DNA from: Delftia acidovorans NBRC 14950
Lineage (GTDB): Bacteria; Pseudomonadota; Gammaproteobacteria; Burkholderiales; Burkholderiaceae_C
Reading direction: 5' to 3'
Length of the DNA stretch: 32,000 nucleotides
Assembly: GCF_001598795.1 (NCBI RefSeq)
Contig: NZ_BCZP01000010.1
Location: 90,001 to 122,000, forward strand
Positions 9,322-18,850 of the stretch are shown in pieces. Made by a program: the position numbers and the translations under genes. Each line of letters begins with the position of its first letter. Positions within the stretch are counted from its first letter, which is position 1. The notes beneath the pieces were generated by a model. It made no database searches. It saw only the letters and a list, made by a program, of their open reading frames with translations, and had not been told where the DNA came from.

Positions 9322-10947
9322 ATGCACCCATCACGCCTGAAGACACGTATCGCCGTCAGCCTGCAGCTGCTGGCGGCCTCTCTCACCATCGCAACGCATA
9401 CACCCGCACAGGCCCAGTTGCGCCTGCCCACGCTGGGCGACGGCGCGGCCACGACGACCAGTGACGAGCGGCGCCTGGGTGACCGCATCATCCGCTCGCT
9501 GTACCGCGATCCGGACTACATCGACGATGCGGTACTGCAGGAATATGTGGAAGGCATCTGGCAGCACTTGGTCGATGCGGCACGCACGCGCGGCGAGCTT
9601 TCGGACGAGCTGGAAGAGCGCTTTGCCTGGGAGATCCTGCTGGGGCGGGACCGATCGGTCAACGCCTTTGCGCTGCCCGGCGGCTATCTGGGGGTGCACC
9701 TGGGCCTGATCGGCGTGGTGAGCACACGCGACGAGCTCGCATCGGTGCTCGCACACGAGCTGAGCCACGTCACGCAGCGCCATATCGCGCGACTGATTGC
9801 CCAGCAGGGCAAGCAGACGCCGCTGATGATCGGCTCGATGATTCTGGGCGCTCTGGCCGCCAGCCGCAGCCCCGATGCCGCCATGGCCATGATGATGGGT
9901 GGCCAGGCGCTGGCCGTGCAGAACCAGCTCAATTTCTCTCGCGACATGGAGCGCGAGGCCGACCGCATGGGCTACGGGCTGATGGCGCCTGCAGGGTTCG
10001 CGCCACAGGGCTTTGTGACCATGTTCGACAAGCTGCAGCAGGCCAACCGCCTGAATGACAACGGCAGCTGGCCCTATCTGCGCAGCCATCCGCTGACCAC
10101 GGAACGCATGGCCGACATGCATTCGCGCCTGCCGCGTGGCGTTGCGCCTGCGCCAGCACCATCCCTGGAACACGTGATGATGGCCGCACGGGCCCGCGTG
10201 CTGTCGCGCCCCGGCGTGGATGTGCTGCGCCAGTGGGCCGAGCAGCCGCGCTCCACCAGCTTTGGCAGCCAAACCCAAACCCAGCAGGTGGCGCAGCTAT
10301 ATGCCGCCACGCTGAGCGCCGTGCAATTGCGCGATTGGGCCGAAGCGCGGGAAATGTCCGGGCGGCTTCAAGTGGCAACCGCCGCAGATGCCGGCGCCCA
10401 GCGGCAGGCCAAGCTGCTGCAGGCCGAACTGGAGCTGACGGCCGGCAAGCCCGGCGCCGCGTTGCAGGCGTTGCCACCGCTCTACCTGCCGGCAGCTGCG
10501 CCTGCCCAGGCCAATCCCACGGAATCCATCCCCGCCAAGACAACGGAGAGCGGCCCCAGCCTGGCCACCGTCAATGTGGTCGAAAACCGCGCCGTGCGCA
10601 GGCCGGAATTGCTGATGCGCACACAGATCCTGCTGCGCGAGCAAGGCGCCGCCAGCATGGCGGGCCCGCTGCAGACCTGGGTGACGGACCACCCGCGTGA
10701 TGCCAGCGCCTGGCAGTTGCTGGCCCAGGTGCAGCGCGCCCAGGGCCAGGAGTTGCGCGCGCTGCGTGCCGAGGCCGAGGCCCAGGTCGCGCACTACGAC
10801 TACGCGGCGGCAGTGGACCGTTTCAAGGCCGCGCAGGACCTGGCCCGCAAGGGCGGGCCCAAGGTGGATTTCATCGAAGCCTCCATCGTGGACACGCGGC
10901 TGCGTGCCGTGGAGGAGCTGCTAAGGGAACAGGCGCGCGAGAAGTGA
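9322..10947 (+). CDS. Periplasmic M48-family zinc metalloprotease with C-terminal TPR-like region (BepA/YfgC-like)
   Basis: HExxH motif AHELSHVTQRH. Signal-peptide-like N-terminus from ATG 9322 (MHPSRLKTRIAVSLQLLAASLTIATHTPAQA). The C-terminal half is Ala/Leu/Gln-rich and helical-repeat-like, as in BepA. Confidence 0.85.
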   Translation: MHPSRLKTRIAVSLQLLAASLTIATHTPAQAQLRLPTLGDGAATTTSDERRLGDRIIRSLYRDPDYIDDAVLQEYVEGIWQHLVDAARTRGELSDELEERFAWEILLGRDRSVNAFALPGGYLGVHLGLIGVVSTRDELASVLAHELSHVTQRHIARLIAQQGKQTPLMIGSMILGALAASRSPDAAMAMMMGGQALAVQNQLNFSRDMEREADRMGYGLMAPAGFAPQGFVTMFDKLQQANRLNDNGSWPYLRSHPLTTERMADMHSRLPRGVAPAPAPSLEHVMMAARARVLSRPGVDVLRQWAEQPRSTSFGSQTQTQQVAQLYAATLSAVQLRDWAEAREMSGRLQVATAADAGAQRQAKLLQAELELTAGKPGAALQALPPLYLPAAAPAQANPTESIPAKTTESGPSLATVNVVENRAVRRPELLMRTQILLREQGAASMAGPLQTWVTDHPRDASAWQLLAQVQRAQGQELRALRAEAEAQVAHYDYAAAVDRFKAAQDLARKGGPKVDFIEASIVDTRLRAVEELLREQAREK

Positions 10948-11268
10948 TTCGATAGCCAGGCCCAGCAGCGAGTAGATGAGCGCGCCCAGCATGGCCGCCC
11001 AGAAACCCGCGACGTGAAAGCCGCTGAGCAGGCCCGAGGCTGCCCAGAACATCAGTCCGTTGACCACGAAGAGAAACAGCCCGACCGTCACGATGGTCAC
11101 GGGCAGCGTCAGCACCACGAGGATGGGCCGCAGCACCGCGTTGAGCAGGCCGATGACCAGCGCCGCGATCATGGCCGAGCTGAAGCTGTTGACCTGAACG
11201 CCACCGTAGAGATAGGCCACGACCAGCAGGGCACCGGCGCTGAGCAGCCATTTGATCAGGATTTTCAT
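10921..11268 (-). CDS. Small integral membrane protein, phage-holin-4_2/DUF360 (YvlD-like) family
   Basis: 115 aa with 3-4 TM helices. MKILIKWLLSAGALLVVAYL...LLNAVLRPILVVLTLPVTIVTVGLFLFVVNGLMF matches the DUF360 pattern. The 3' end overlaps the convergent M48 gene by 27 nt. Confidence 0.8.
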   Translation of the reverse strand: MKILIKWLLSAGALLVVAYLYGGVQVNSFSSAMIAALVIGLLNAVLRPILVVLTLPVTIVTVGLFLFVVNGLMFWAASGLLSGFHVAGFWAAMLGALIYSLLGLAIESLLARLFP

Positions 11269-11342
11269 GCGGGCAGCATAGCAGCAGCCGGCAGATCCAG
11301 GTTGAGGCGGCGCACTGGAAACCGTGGGCCGAAGAACCCCAT

Positions 11343-11373
11343 GAAAAACGGCATCCCTTTTTCCGGGATGCCG
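11343..11373 (-). terminator. Intrinsic terminator downstream of the 11421..11879 gene
   Basis: The minus strand reads CGGCATCCC-ggaaaaa-GGGATGCCG followed by TTTTT. A second hairpin, GCCTGACC-agagc-GGTCAGGC, lies at 11388..11408. Confidence 0.6.
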
Positions 11374-11420
11374 TCCTGAAAGCGATCGCCTGACCAGAGC
11401 GGTCAGGCAGACGCCAGCCT

Positions 11421-11879
11421 TTAGATCATCGCTTCCTCGAACACCAGGCCCATCAGCGCGCCGATGGCCGCCAGCGTTCCCGGAAGATTCCAGCGCCGGC
11501 CCAGCGGGGCGGCAGGCGCCACGGCGGGAGCCGTGGCTTCCTGCTTGGGGCGGCGTGCATCGACGATCTGGGCCGTGCCGTGCTCCTGCTGGAGCTGGGC
11601 CACCAGTTCGGCCAGCGGGCCCTTGGCCAGCACTGGCGTGATCCTGCCAGCGCTGTCACCGAACACCGGCAGCAACTGGGCGAACAGCTTGTCCGCCCAC
11701 TTGCCGCGCCAGCTTTCGCGCGCGCTGTGGCTCACCCATTTGCTGACCCGGTGAGTAATGCGCGGTGCGCAGGCCACCAGCAGCCAGTGCGAGGCCTGGG
11801 CCTGCGGCGAGGCAGCCAGGGCCTGTACCAGAGGCAGAGCGTAGGAAGCGTCATCCACGTAGACGATGATGGGGTTCAA
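11421..11879 (-). CDS. Hypothetical protein (~152 aa) with C-terminal hydrophobic tail
   Basis: High-GC3 frame. The likely start is TTG 11879 with AAGGA 6 nt upstream, giving (M)NPIIVYVDDASYALPLVQALAAS... The upstream part of the ORF-track 193-aa frame is Pro/Arg-rich and looks non-coding. No family recognised. Confidence 0.5.
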   Translation of the reverse strand: MNPIIVYVDDASYALPLVQALAASPQAQASHWLLVACAPRITHRVSKWVSHSARESWRGKWADKLFAQLLPVFGDSAGRITPVLAKGPLAELVAQLQQEHGTAQIVDARRPKQEATAPAVAPAAPLGRRWNLPGTLAAIGALMGLVFEEAMI

Positions 11880-12014
11880 AGCAAGTCCTTGTCGAACTGG
11901 GTTTGCGGGAGTGGGAGAGGCAGGCGGCCGGGGCCGCCCTTGCCATGGATTGTCGCGAATCGGCGCGGGCGGCCCATCGGGCCAACCCGGCGCCCACCTC
12001 AACTTTTCAGCGGA

Positions 12015-12755
12015 TCAAGCTCCGTGGGCGCCGGCCTTGGGAGCAGGACGGCGCGAAGCGATGTACTTGCCCAGTGCCAGCACCAGCAGGGCTCCGAACA
12101 CGCTGGCACCGTACTTGAGCATGTCAGTCTGGGGCAGCTTGACCATCCAGTCCCACTTCTCCGTATTGGCGAAGACGGGGTCGGTGACCAGCATGCCGCC
12201 GGCAATCCAGCCCAGCAGCATGCCGCCGGCCACGATGATGATGGGGAAGCGCTCCATCAGCTTGATCACGAGCTGCGAGCCCCAGACGATGATGGGGATG
12301 GAGATCAACAGGCCCAGCACGACCAGCAGCATCTGGTGCTCGCCCGAGCTCTGGGCAGCGCCGGCGATGGCGATCACGTTGTCCACGCTCATCACCAGGT
12401 CGGCAACGATGATGGTCTTGATGGCGGCCAGCAGCTTGTCGCTGCCCTGGATGTTGTCGTGGCCGTCTTCATCAGGGGCAATCAGCTTGATGCCGATCCA
12501 CACCAGCAGCAGTGCGCCGACGAACTTCAGGAAGGGCAGCGCCAGCAATGTCATCGCGAAGGCGATCAGGATGACGCGCAGGATGATGGCACCCGCCGTG
12601 CCCCAGATGATGCCCTTCTTGCGTTGCTCGGGCTGCAGCTTGCGGCAGGCCAGCGCGATCACGACCGCGTTGTCGCCGCCCAGCAGGATGTCGATGATGA
12701 TGATTTGGCCCAGGGCCACCCAGAACGGGGCGTGAGTCAGAAAGTCCAAGTCCAT
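12015..12755 (-). CDS. terC: TerC-family integral membrane protein (Alx/YkoY/MntP-context Mn-responsive group)
   Basis: Duplicated TerC signature LLGGDNAVVIAL ... LVMSVDNVIAIAG. Multi-pass membrane profile. ATG 12755 is preceded by GAGGA. It lies directly downstream of a yybP-ykoY riboswitch. Confidence 0.9.
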   Translation of the reverse strand: MDLDFLTHAPFWVALGQIIIIDILLGGDNAVVIALACRKLQPEQRKKGIIWGTAGAIILRVILIAFAMTLLALPFLKFVGALLLVWIGIKLIAPDEDGHDNIQGSDKLLAAIKTIIVADLVMSVDNVIAIAGAAQSSGEHQMLLVVLGLLISIPIIVWGSQLVIKLMERFPIIIVAGGMLLGWIAGGMLVTDPVFANTEKWDWMVKLPQTDMLKYGASVFGALLVLALGKYIASRRPAPKAGAHGA

Positions 12756-12910
12756 AAGGTCCTCGCTGTTGAGTAAGGCCGGCGAGAACTCCTCCCTCCT
12801 GGAGAAACACCCACCAGCACAGAAAGACCGATGCGACGACACAGCGCCTACCCGGGCAAGGACATGCCTGGCTCAGGGGAGAACACCTTGATCGACCGTC
12901 ATCAGGTCCA

Positions 12911-13050
12911 TCAAAGGTCTTGCTCGGCTGCGGTATGCACCGCAACCCGGAAGGCCGGAAGCTTGCGCTTCGTATTGACGACCATTCCGATGCCGGCACG
13001 GTGGCTTTGCAAAAACCACCCCCCGCCGGCAGAGAGCTACTCCCCTTCGA
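12911..13050 (-). promoter_or_regulatory. yybP-ykoY (Mn2+-sensing) riboswitch aptamer in the terC leader
   Basis: The minus strand reads UUCGAAGGGGAGUAGCUCUC...GGUCGUCAAUACGAAG...GGUGCAUACCGCAGCCGAGCAAGACCUUUGAUGG. This contains the family-defining blocks GGGGAGUAGC, GUCGUCAAU-CG, CAUAC and AGCAAGACCUUU, as in the L. lactis/E. coli members. P1 can form between UCGAAGG and CCUUUGA. The genomic context (TerC) is canonical. Confidence 0.82.
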
Positions 13051-13058
13051 ACCTGTGG

Positions 13059-13088
13059 ATTGCAACACAAAGCCGCCACGGCACGCAA
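13059..13088 (-). promoter_or_regulatory. Possible sigma70-type promoter for the riboswitch-terC transcript
   Basis: On the minus strand, TTGCGT (13088..13083), an 18-nt spacer, then TGCAAT (13064..13059). This would start transcription a few nt before the GGGGAGUAG block. The match to consensus is weak, so this is tentative. Confidence 0.3.
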
Positions 13089-13267
13089 GTGAAAAAACCC
13101 TTCATTTCCACGGAAAGCACAAGTCGCGCATCCCCCAGACCATTTATTCGCCTACCTCAAATGCTTCACTATCCATAGCAACCCTTGAACCAACGGAGTG
13201 TTGCAGCCATGCCCGGCCGTGCGCGGGCAGGCGTCTTATCATCGCTGTCCCTTCCCCCTGACCGTCC

Positions 13268-13699
13268 ATGACCGCACTGCACATCACCGACATCGAAGCC
13301 GCCATCAACTACTGGCGTGAGCGCCATCCGTCCCCGGACGGCGTGCTGCTGCAGCCCGAAGTACGGGCCCTGGCCGAGGTGTACGCGCTGATGATCTTCT
13401 GGCATGAGAGCGAAGTACAGGTTGAGGGCTTTCCCTCGCACGCCATGGCGGCCTGGCTGGCCTGGTACGACACCACGCCCGATACGCCCTGCATCGCCAT
13501 CTGCTCCACCAGCCAGGGCGACGAAAGATGCAAGGGCTGCGGCCGCAGCTTTAACGAAGTGCAGCTGTGGACCGCGATGGAGCCGGCACAAAAGCGGATG
13601 GTCTGGCGCAGGATCACGGCAGAGGGCGACTCCTGGCGTTTCACCCGCTATGCAGAACGTGCGGCCGAGCGCACGGATACATCGCGTGACTCTGGCTGA
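13268..13699 (+). CDS. DUF3717-like N-terminal domain fused to a DUF1289 (YdhL-like, Cys-rich putative Fe-S) domain
   Basis: The N-terminus ITDIEAAINYWRERHPSPDG...EVRALAEVYALMI resembles DUF3717. The C-terminus TPCIAICSTSQGDERCKGCGRSFNEVQLWTAM fits the DUF1289 pattern C-x-x-C-x(8)-C-x-G-C-x-R-x(3)-E-x(3)-W. Confidence 0.8.
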   Translation: MTALHITDIEAAINYWRERHPSPDGVLLQPEVRALAEVYALMIFWHESEVQVEGFPSHAMAAWLAWYDTTPDTPCIAICSTSQGDERCKGCGRSFNEVQLWTAMEPAQKRMVWRRITAEGDSWRFTRYAERAAERTDTSRDSG

Positions 13700-13738
13700 T
13701 TGCTGGCTGATTGCTGGTTGATTGCCGGCTGATCTGCC
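13694..13738. repeat. Tandem 11-bp repeat, 4 units (GGCTGATTGCT x2, GGTTGATTGCC, GGCTGATCTGCC)
   Basis: Read directly from the sequence. Unit 1 contains the TGA stop (13697-13699) of the preceding gene. Confidence 0.85.
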
Positions 13739-14027
13739 GGATACCGCACCGGACCAGTGCGATGTTGCAGACGGCCTAACATCGGCCGCCATGCTGCATA
13801 CCGCCGCTTACCGCCACAGCCACCTCCGCCTTTGCTTGCGCCTCACGGCACGTGATGCGGGCGAGACGCGCGTGCCGGCCGGCAAGGCCTGGCCCGCCAC
13901 GGCCGCGCGCCTGCGCGAGCGTGATGCGGCACGGCTGAACATCGGCCCCCGACAGGCCGCACGGTCTTGATGCGCTGCCCTGCGCGGAACCGGGCAGCGT
14001 CGCTTCACTGAATCCGCTCTTCTTGCG

Positions 14028-14064
14028 CCGCCTTCATCCCTAGGCTGAAGGCGGTTGGATTTTC
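14028..14064 (+). terminator. Possible intrinsic terminator ending the 13268 transcription unit
   Basis: CCGCCTTCA (14028-14036), a 9-nt loop, TGAAGGCGG (14046-14054), then TTGGATTTTC. There is no T-run on the opposite strand. Confidence 0.4.
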
Positions 14065-14277
14065 ACGCGTCTGCCCGGCCTCAAGGCCAGCCGACGGCCA
14101 GCCGACGAAGCGAGCCCTGCCGTGACCTGTCTAGCCCTTGACCCAGCCGGGCCCTCTTTTGCCGCCCCCTCTTTTTCCACGCTCTTGCGCCATCTGCGCC
14201 ATCTGAGCGATACCGTGGCGCATCGCGCCCTGCCCCGCTGCGCGCCACGCCACGTCACCGAGCTGCGCATCGACGTG

Positions 14278-14835
14278 ATGCAGCCGCTGGTGGAGGGCGA
14301 GCTCGAAGCCATTCACGAGCGCCTGTACCAGCCCGGCAACAAGCTCCATGGCCTGGAGCGCCGCCCGTTGCACGACCCGCAGTTCCAGCTGCACTGGCGT
14401 GAGGCCGACGGCGAATGGTTTGCCTACGTGGAGGACATGGAGCGGCGCTGCCTGGCCGGCTACACGGTGTTCAATCGCCTGGTCGAGGTGGACAAGCGCA
14501 CTGACCGGCGCGTGCGCTCGCCGCATTCGCGCTTTGCGCCGCATTACCAGCGGCGCGGCATTGCCAGCGCCGTGTATCGCAGCGTGCTGGACAAAGGCAC
14601 CTGCCTGGTCAGCGGCGCACGCCAGTCGCCGGGCGCCCACGGCCTGTGGAACCATCTGGCGCGAAGCTATGACGGCCGATATGTGGGCATTGCGGACAGC
14701 AAGTCGCTCATCCATCTGGGCCGCAATGTGCCGGACGATGTCATGGACCGCCTGTCCACGCGCCGCATGCTGCTGGGCGCGGGCTGGACCGTGGAGTCCT
14801 TCGCCCAGGCCGTACGGATGCAGTTGCCGGGTTGA
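14278..14835 (+). CDS. GNAT-family N-acetyltransferase-like protein
   Basis: HYQRRGIASAVYRSVL fits the acetyl-CoA binding Q/R-x-x-G-x-A motif. High-GC3 frame. I prefer ATG 14278 to the ORF-track start at 14122, whose first 52 codons are Pro/Ala/Arg-rich leader-like sequence. Confidence 0.65.
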   Translation: MQPLVEGELEAIHERLYQPGNKLHGLERRPLHDPQFQLHWREADGEWFAYVEDMERRCLAGYTVFNRLVEVDKRTDRRVRSPHSRFAPHYQRRGIASAVYRSVLDKGTCLVSGARQSPGAHGLWNHLARSYDGRYVGIADSKSLIHLGRNVPDDVMDRLSTRRMLLGAGWTVESFAQAVRMQLPG

Positions 14836-14861
14836 GACGGGGACCTTGAGCGGGAACCCGT

Positions 14862-15422
14862 TTACTTCCAGCGCAGCGGCTCGATGAAGACCGTGCCCAG
14901 GTTGCTGCTGAGCGTCAGCGCGCCTTCCTGGATGGTGGCCTGCAGCTGCATGCTGCGCTCGGCCAGTTCCGCCAGGGATTGGGATGTTTCGGAGGGAATG
15001 CGCCAGACCTGCAGCTTGTTCAGCCGCGCCAGCTTGCCCTCCAGGCCCTTCCACCAGACCTCGGCCGCATGGTGGAAGGCGTAGAGCACCACCGCATCGG
15101 ATTTGTTGCAGGCCTTGACGATGGGCTTTTCCTCGGGCTGGCCGACCTCGATCCACTGGCGCTTGGCGCCCGTGAAGTCGGTCAGCGAGACATCGGGGTC
15201 TTCGGGATCGGACAGGCCTGCGCCAAACGCCAGCGTGCCGTCGCCCTTGCACATGTCATTGAGCTGGTGTGCATTGAGGGCCAGGGCCACCAGGCGCACC
15301 ATCATGCGTTCGTCCGTCTCGCTAGGATGGCGCGCCAGGGTCAGCGCATGGTCGGCGTAGTAGCCGTGGTCGATGTCGGCGATGGACAGGTTCGCCTTGA
15401 AGATGGTGGATTTGAGGGCCAT
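14862..15422 (-). CDS. yaeQ: YaeQ-family protein
   Basis: MALKSTIFKANLSIADIDHGYYADHALTLARHPSETDERMMVRLVALAL closely matches the conserved YaeQ N-terminus (MALKATIYKA...LT-ARHPSET-ERMM-R). The length of ~186 aa fits the family. Confidence 0.9.
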   Translation of the reverse strand: MALKSTIFKANLSIADIDHGYYADHALTLARHPSETDERMMVRLVALALNAHQLNDMCKGDGTLAFGAGLSDPEDPDVSLTDFTGAKRQWIEVGQPEEKPIVKACNKSDAVVLYAFHHAAEVWWKGLEGKLARLNKLQVWRIPSETSQSLAELAERSMQLQATIQEGALTLSSNLGTVFIEPLRWK

Positions 15423-15449
15423 GAGACGAGTACGTTCGGCAGGTGCGGG

Positions 15450-16526
15450 TCAGCCCGTCACTTGCGCCGAAGGAATTTTGGAAACACCCGAAGCAGGCCT
15501 GGCGGGCTTGAAGGTCAGCGCCTTCTTTTCAAGCAAATGCCAGGACAGAACTGCCAGCAGGCCCGTGCCGGCCACGGTACAGGCCAGAGCCGCGCCATAG
15601 CCGAGCCGATCCGCGAAATGCCAGGCCACCAGCTGCTGCACGGGAAAGGCGTAAATGTACAGGCCGTAGGAGAAATCACCGAAATGCCCTGCGTGCTTGA
15701 GGATGGGAGTGGAGGCTGATCCGGCCACCACGGCCACCACGGCCAGCGCCAGCAAGGGTGCCTGGCCCGCAATGATCGCCGGACCCTTGAAGTACAGGGC
15801 GCCAATCACCAGCAGCATGGCCGCCATGGCGATCGGGCGGCGCCCTATCCACAGATGGCGCCAGCAGGCCAGCGTCGCACCCAGCGCGAACACCATGCCG
15901 TATTGCAGCCCGAAGGACCACGCAGGCATGGCCGCACCCGGCGCCGGGCTGTAGCGCCATTGCATGCCCAAAAGCAGCGCAAGAAATACCAATGGGGCAA
16001 CCCAGCGCCAGCACATCAGACCCAGGGCACCGGCTGCAGCAAGGAAGGCATAGCAGCCCACTTCCAGAGGAATGGTCCACAAAGGACCATTGACCGATGA
16101 AGCCAGCACGTTGCCATCAAATACGCCCGGCAGCGCAAACTGCGTGTCCAGCCACAGGTTGCGCAGATAGTCACACGTCAATGAATGCGCGAAATAGGCC
16201 TTCACAGGCAAGGAGGTCACCAGGGGCCCGAGAACCAGGGCACAGAGCAGCACAGCCGCCGTGAGGCCGGGCCAGATCCGCAACGCGCGTCGGGCAGCAA
16301 AACGCCCCAGGTGGGGGTCTGCCAGCCATGACAGGGTGACGAGATATCCGCTGATGGCAAAGAAGATGACGACGCCCAGCGCACCCGGCTCGTTGTGCAG
16401 GAGCTGAGGAACCGGAAGGCCCATGACCGCGAACTGATGGCTCCAGATCACCAGCAGTGCAGCCAGCAGCCTCAGCGCATCAAAATTGTTGGATCGCGCC
16501 GCAGCGCCGACGCCATGGGCCTGCAT
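15450..16526 (-). CDS. Acyltransferase family 3 (AT3, OafA/YrhL-type) membrane protein, no SGNH domain
   Basis: NFDALRLLAALLVIWSHQF is followed by about 10 hydrophobic helices, which is the AT3 signature. ATG 16526 lies 5 nt after the purB stop, so the ORF-track start at 16568 would overlap purB. Confidence 0.85.
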   Translation of the reverse strand: MQAHGVGAAARSNNFDALRLLAALLVIWSHQFAVMGLPVPQLLHNEPGALGVVIFFAISGYLVTLSWLADPHLGRFAARRALRIWPGLTAAVLLCALVLGPLVTSLPVKAYFAHSLTCDYLRNLWLDTQFALPGVFDGNVLASSVNGPLWTIPLEVGCYAFLAAAGALGLMCWRWVAPLVFLALLLGMQWRYSPAPGAAMPAWSFGLQYGMVFALGATLACWRHLWIGRRPIAMAAMLLVIGALYFKGPAIIAGQAPLLALAVVAVVAGSASTPILKHAGHFGDFSYGLYIYAFPVQQLVAWHFADRLGYGAALACTVAGTGLLAVLSWHLLEKKALTFKPARPASGVSKIPSAQVTG

Positions 16527-16530
16527 CAAC

Positions 16531-18646
<2,116 letters not shown>

Positions 18647-18690
18647 AAACGGGTCACCCCCGCAACGACAACTGCAGCTGCAGCGGCAAC

Positions 18691-18720
18691 AAAAAAGGCC
18701 ACCCGATGGGTGGCCTTTTT
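18691..18720. terminator. Bidirectional intrinsic terminator
   Basis: AAAAAA-GGCCACCC-gat-GGGTGGCC-TTTTT. The 8-bp GC stem is flanked by an A-run and a T-run. It lies 45 nt after the GST stop. Confidence 0.8.
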
Positions 18721-18726
18721 GCTGGC

Positions 18727-18850
18727 ATAAAAAAGTTGCGAAGCATCCCGAAACGAATAAAGAGAGGGAGGGAGGAGAAGCGCTTCGGGCGGAACAGTTC
18801 AGGACTGTGGCCCCAGAGGCTTCGCAACGTGAAATTCGGTCTGGATACCC
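18727..18850 (-). ncRNA. Candidate structured small RNA (~100-120 nt) with a CU-rich anti-SD-like loop; family not recognised
   Basis: On the minus strand the outer stem is GTTGCGAAGC (18828-18819) with GCTTCGCAAC (18744-18735), followed immediately by TTTTTT (18734-18729). An inner hairpin is ACAGT-cctga-ACTGT (18808-18794). A second is CCCGAA (18789-18784) with TTCGGG (18752-18747), displaying a 31-nt loop containing CUUCUCCUCCCUCCCUCUCUUUAUUC. No plausible ORF or start codon is present. A possible promoter is TTGGAC (18870-18865), 17 nt, TATCCA (18847-18842). Structure prediction was by eye only. Confidence 0.35.

Noticed and set aside
12756-12842. N-terminal extension of TerC in the ORF track (29 extra codons); similar extensions for purB (to 18048), moaC (to 9272), the response regulator (from 28858), the OmpA-like gene (to 31787) and the PLP enzyme (to 30938)
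   Set aside because: The extensions lack homology-like sequence, overlap riboswitch, leader or neighbouring genes, and internal ATGs have proper SDs and canonical N-termini.
18761-18810. Plus-strand reading of the GST-glnE spacer as a GGA-rich CsrA/RsmA-titrating sRNA (AGGGAGGGAGGAG, CAGGAC, CTGGAT)
   Set aside because: No terminator follows the structure on the plus strand, whereas the minus strand has the closing stem followed by U6. The GGA motifs are clustered in one run rather than spread over multiple hairpin loops. It is kept only as an alternative to the minus-strand sRNA model.
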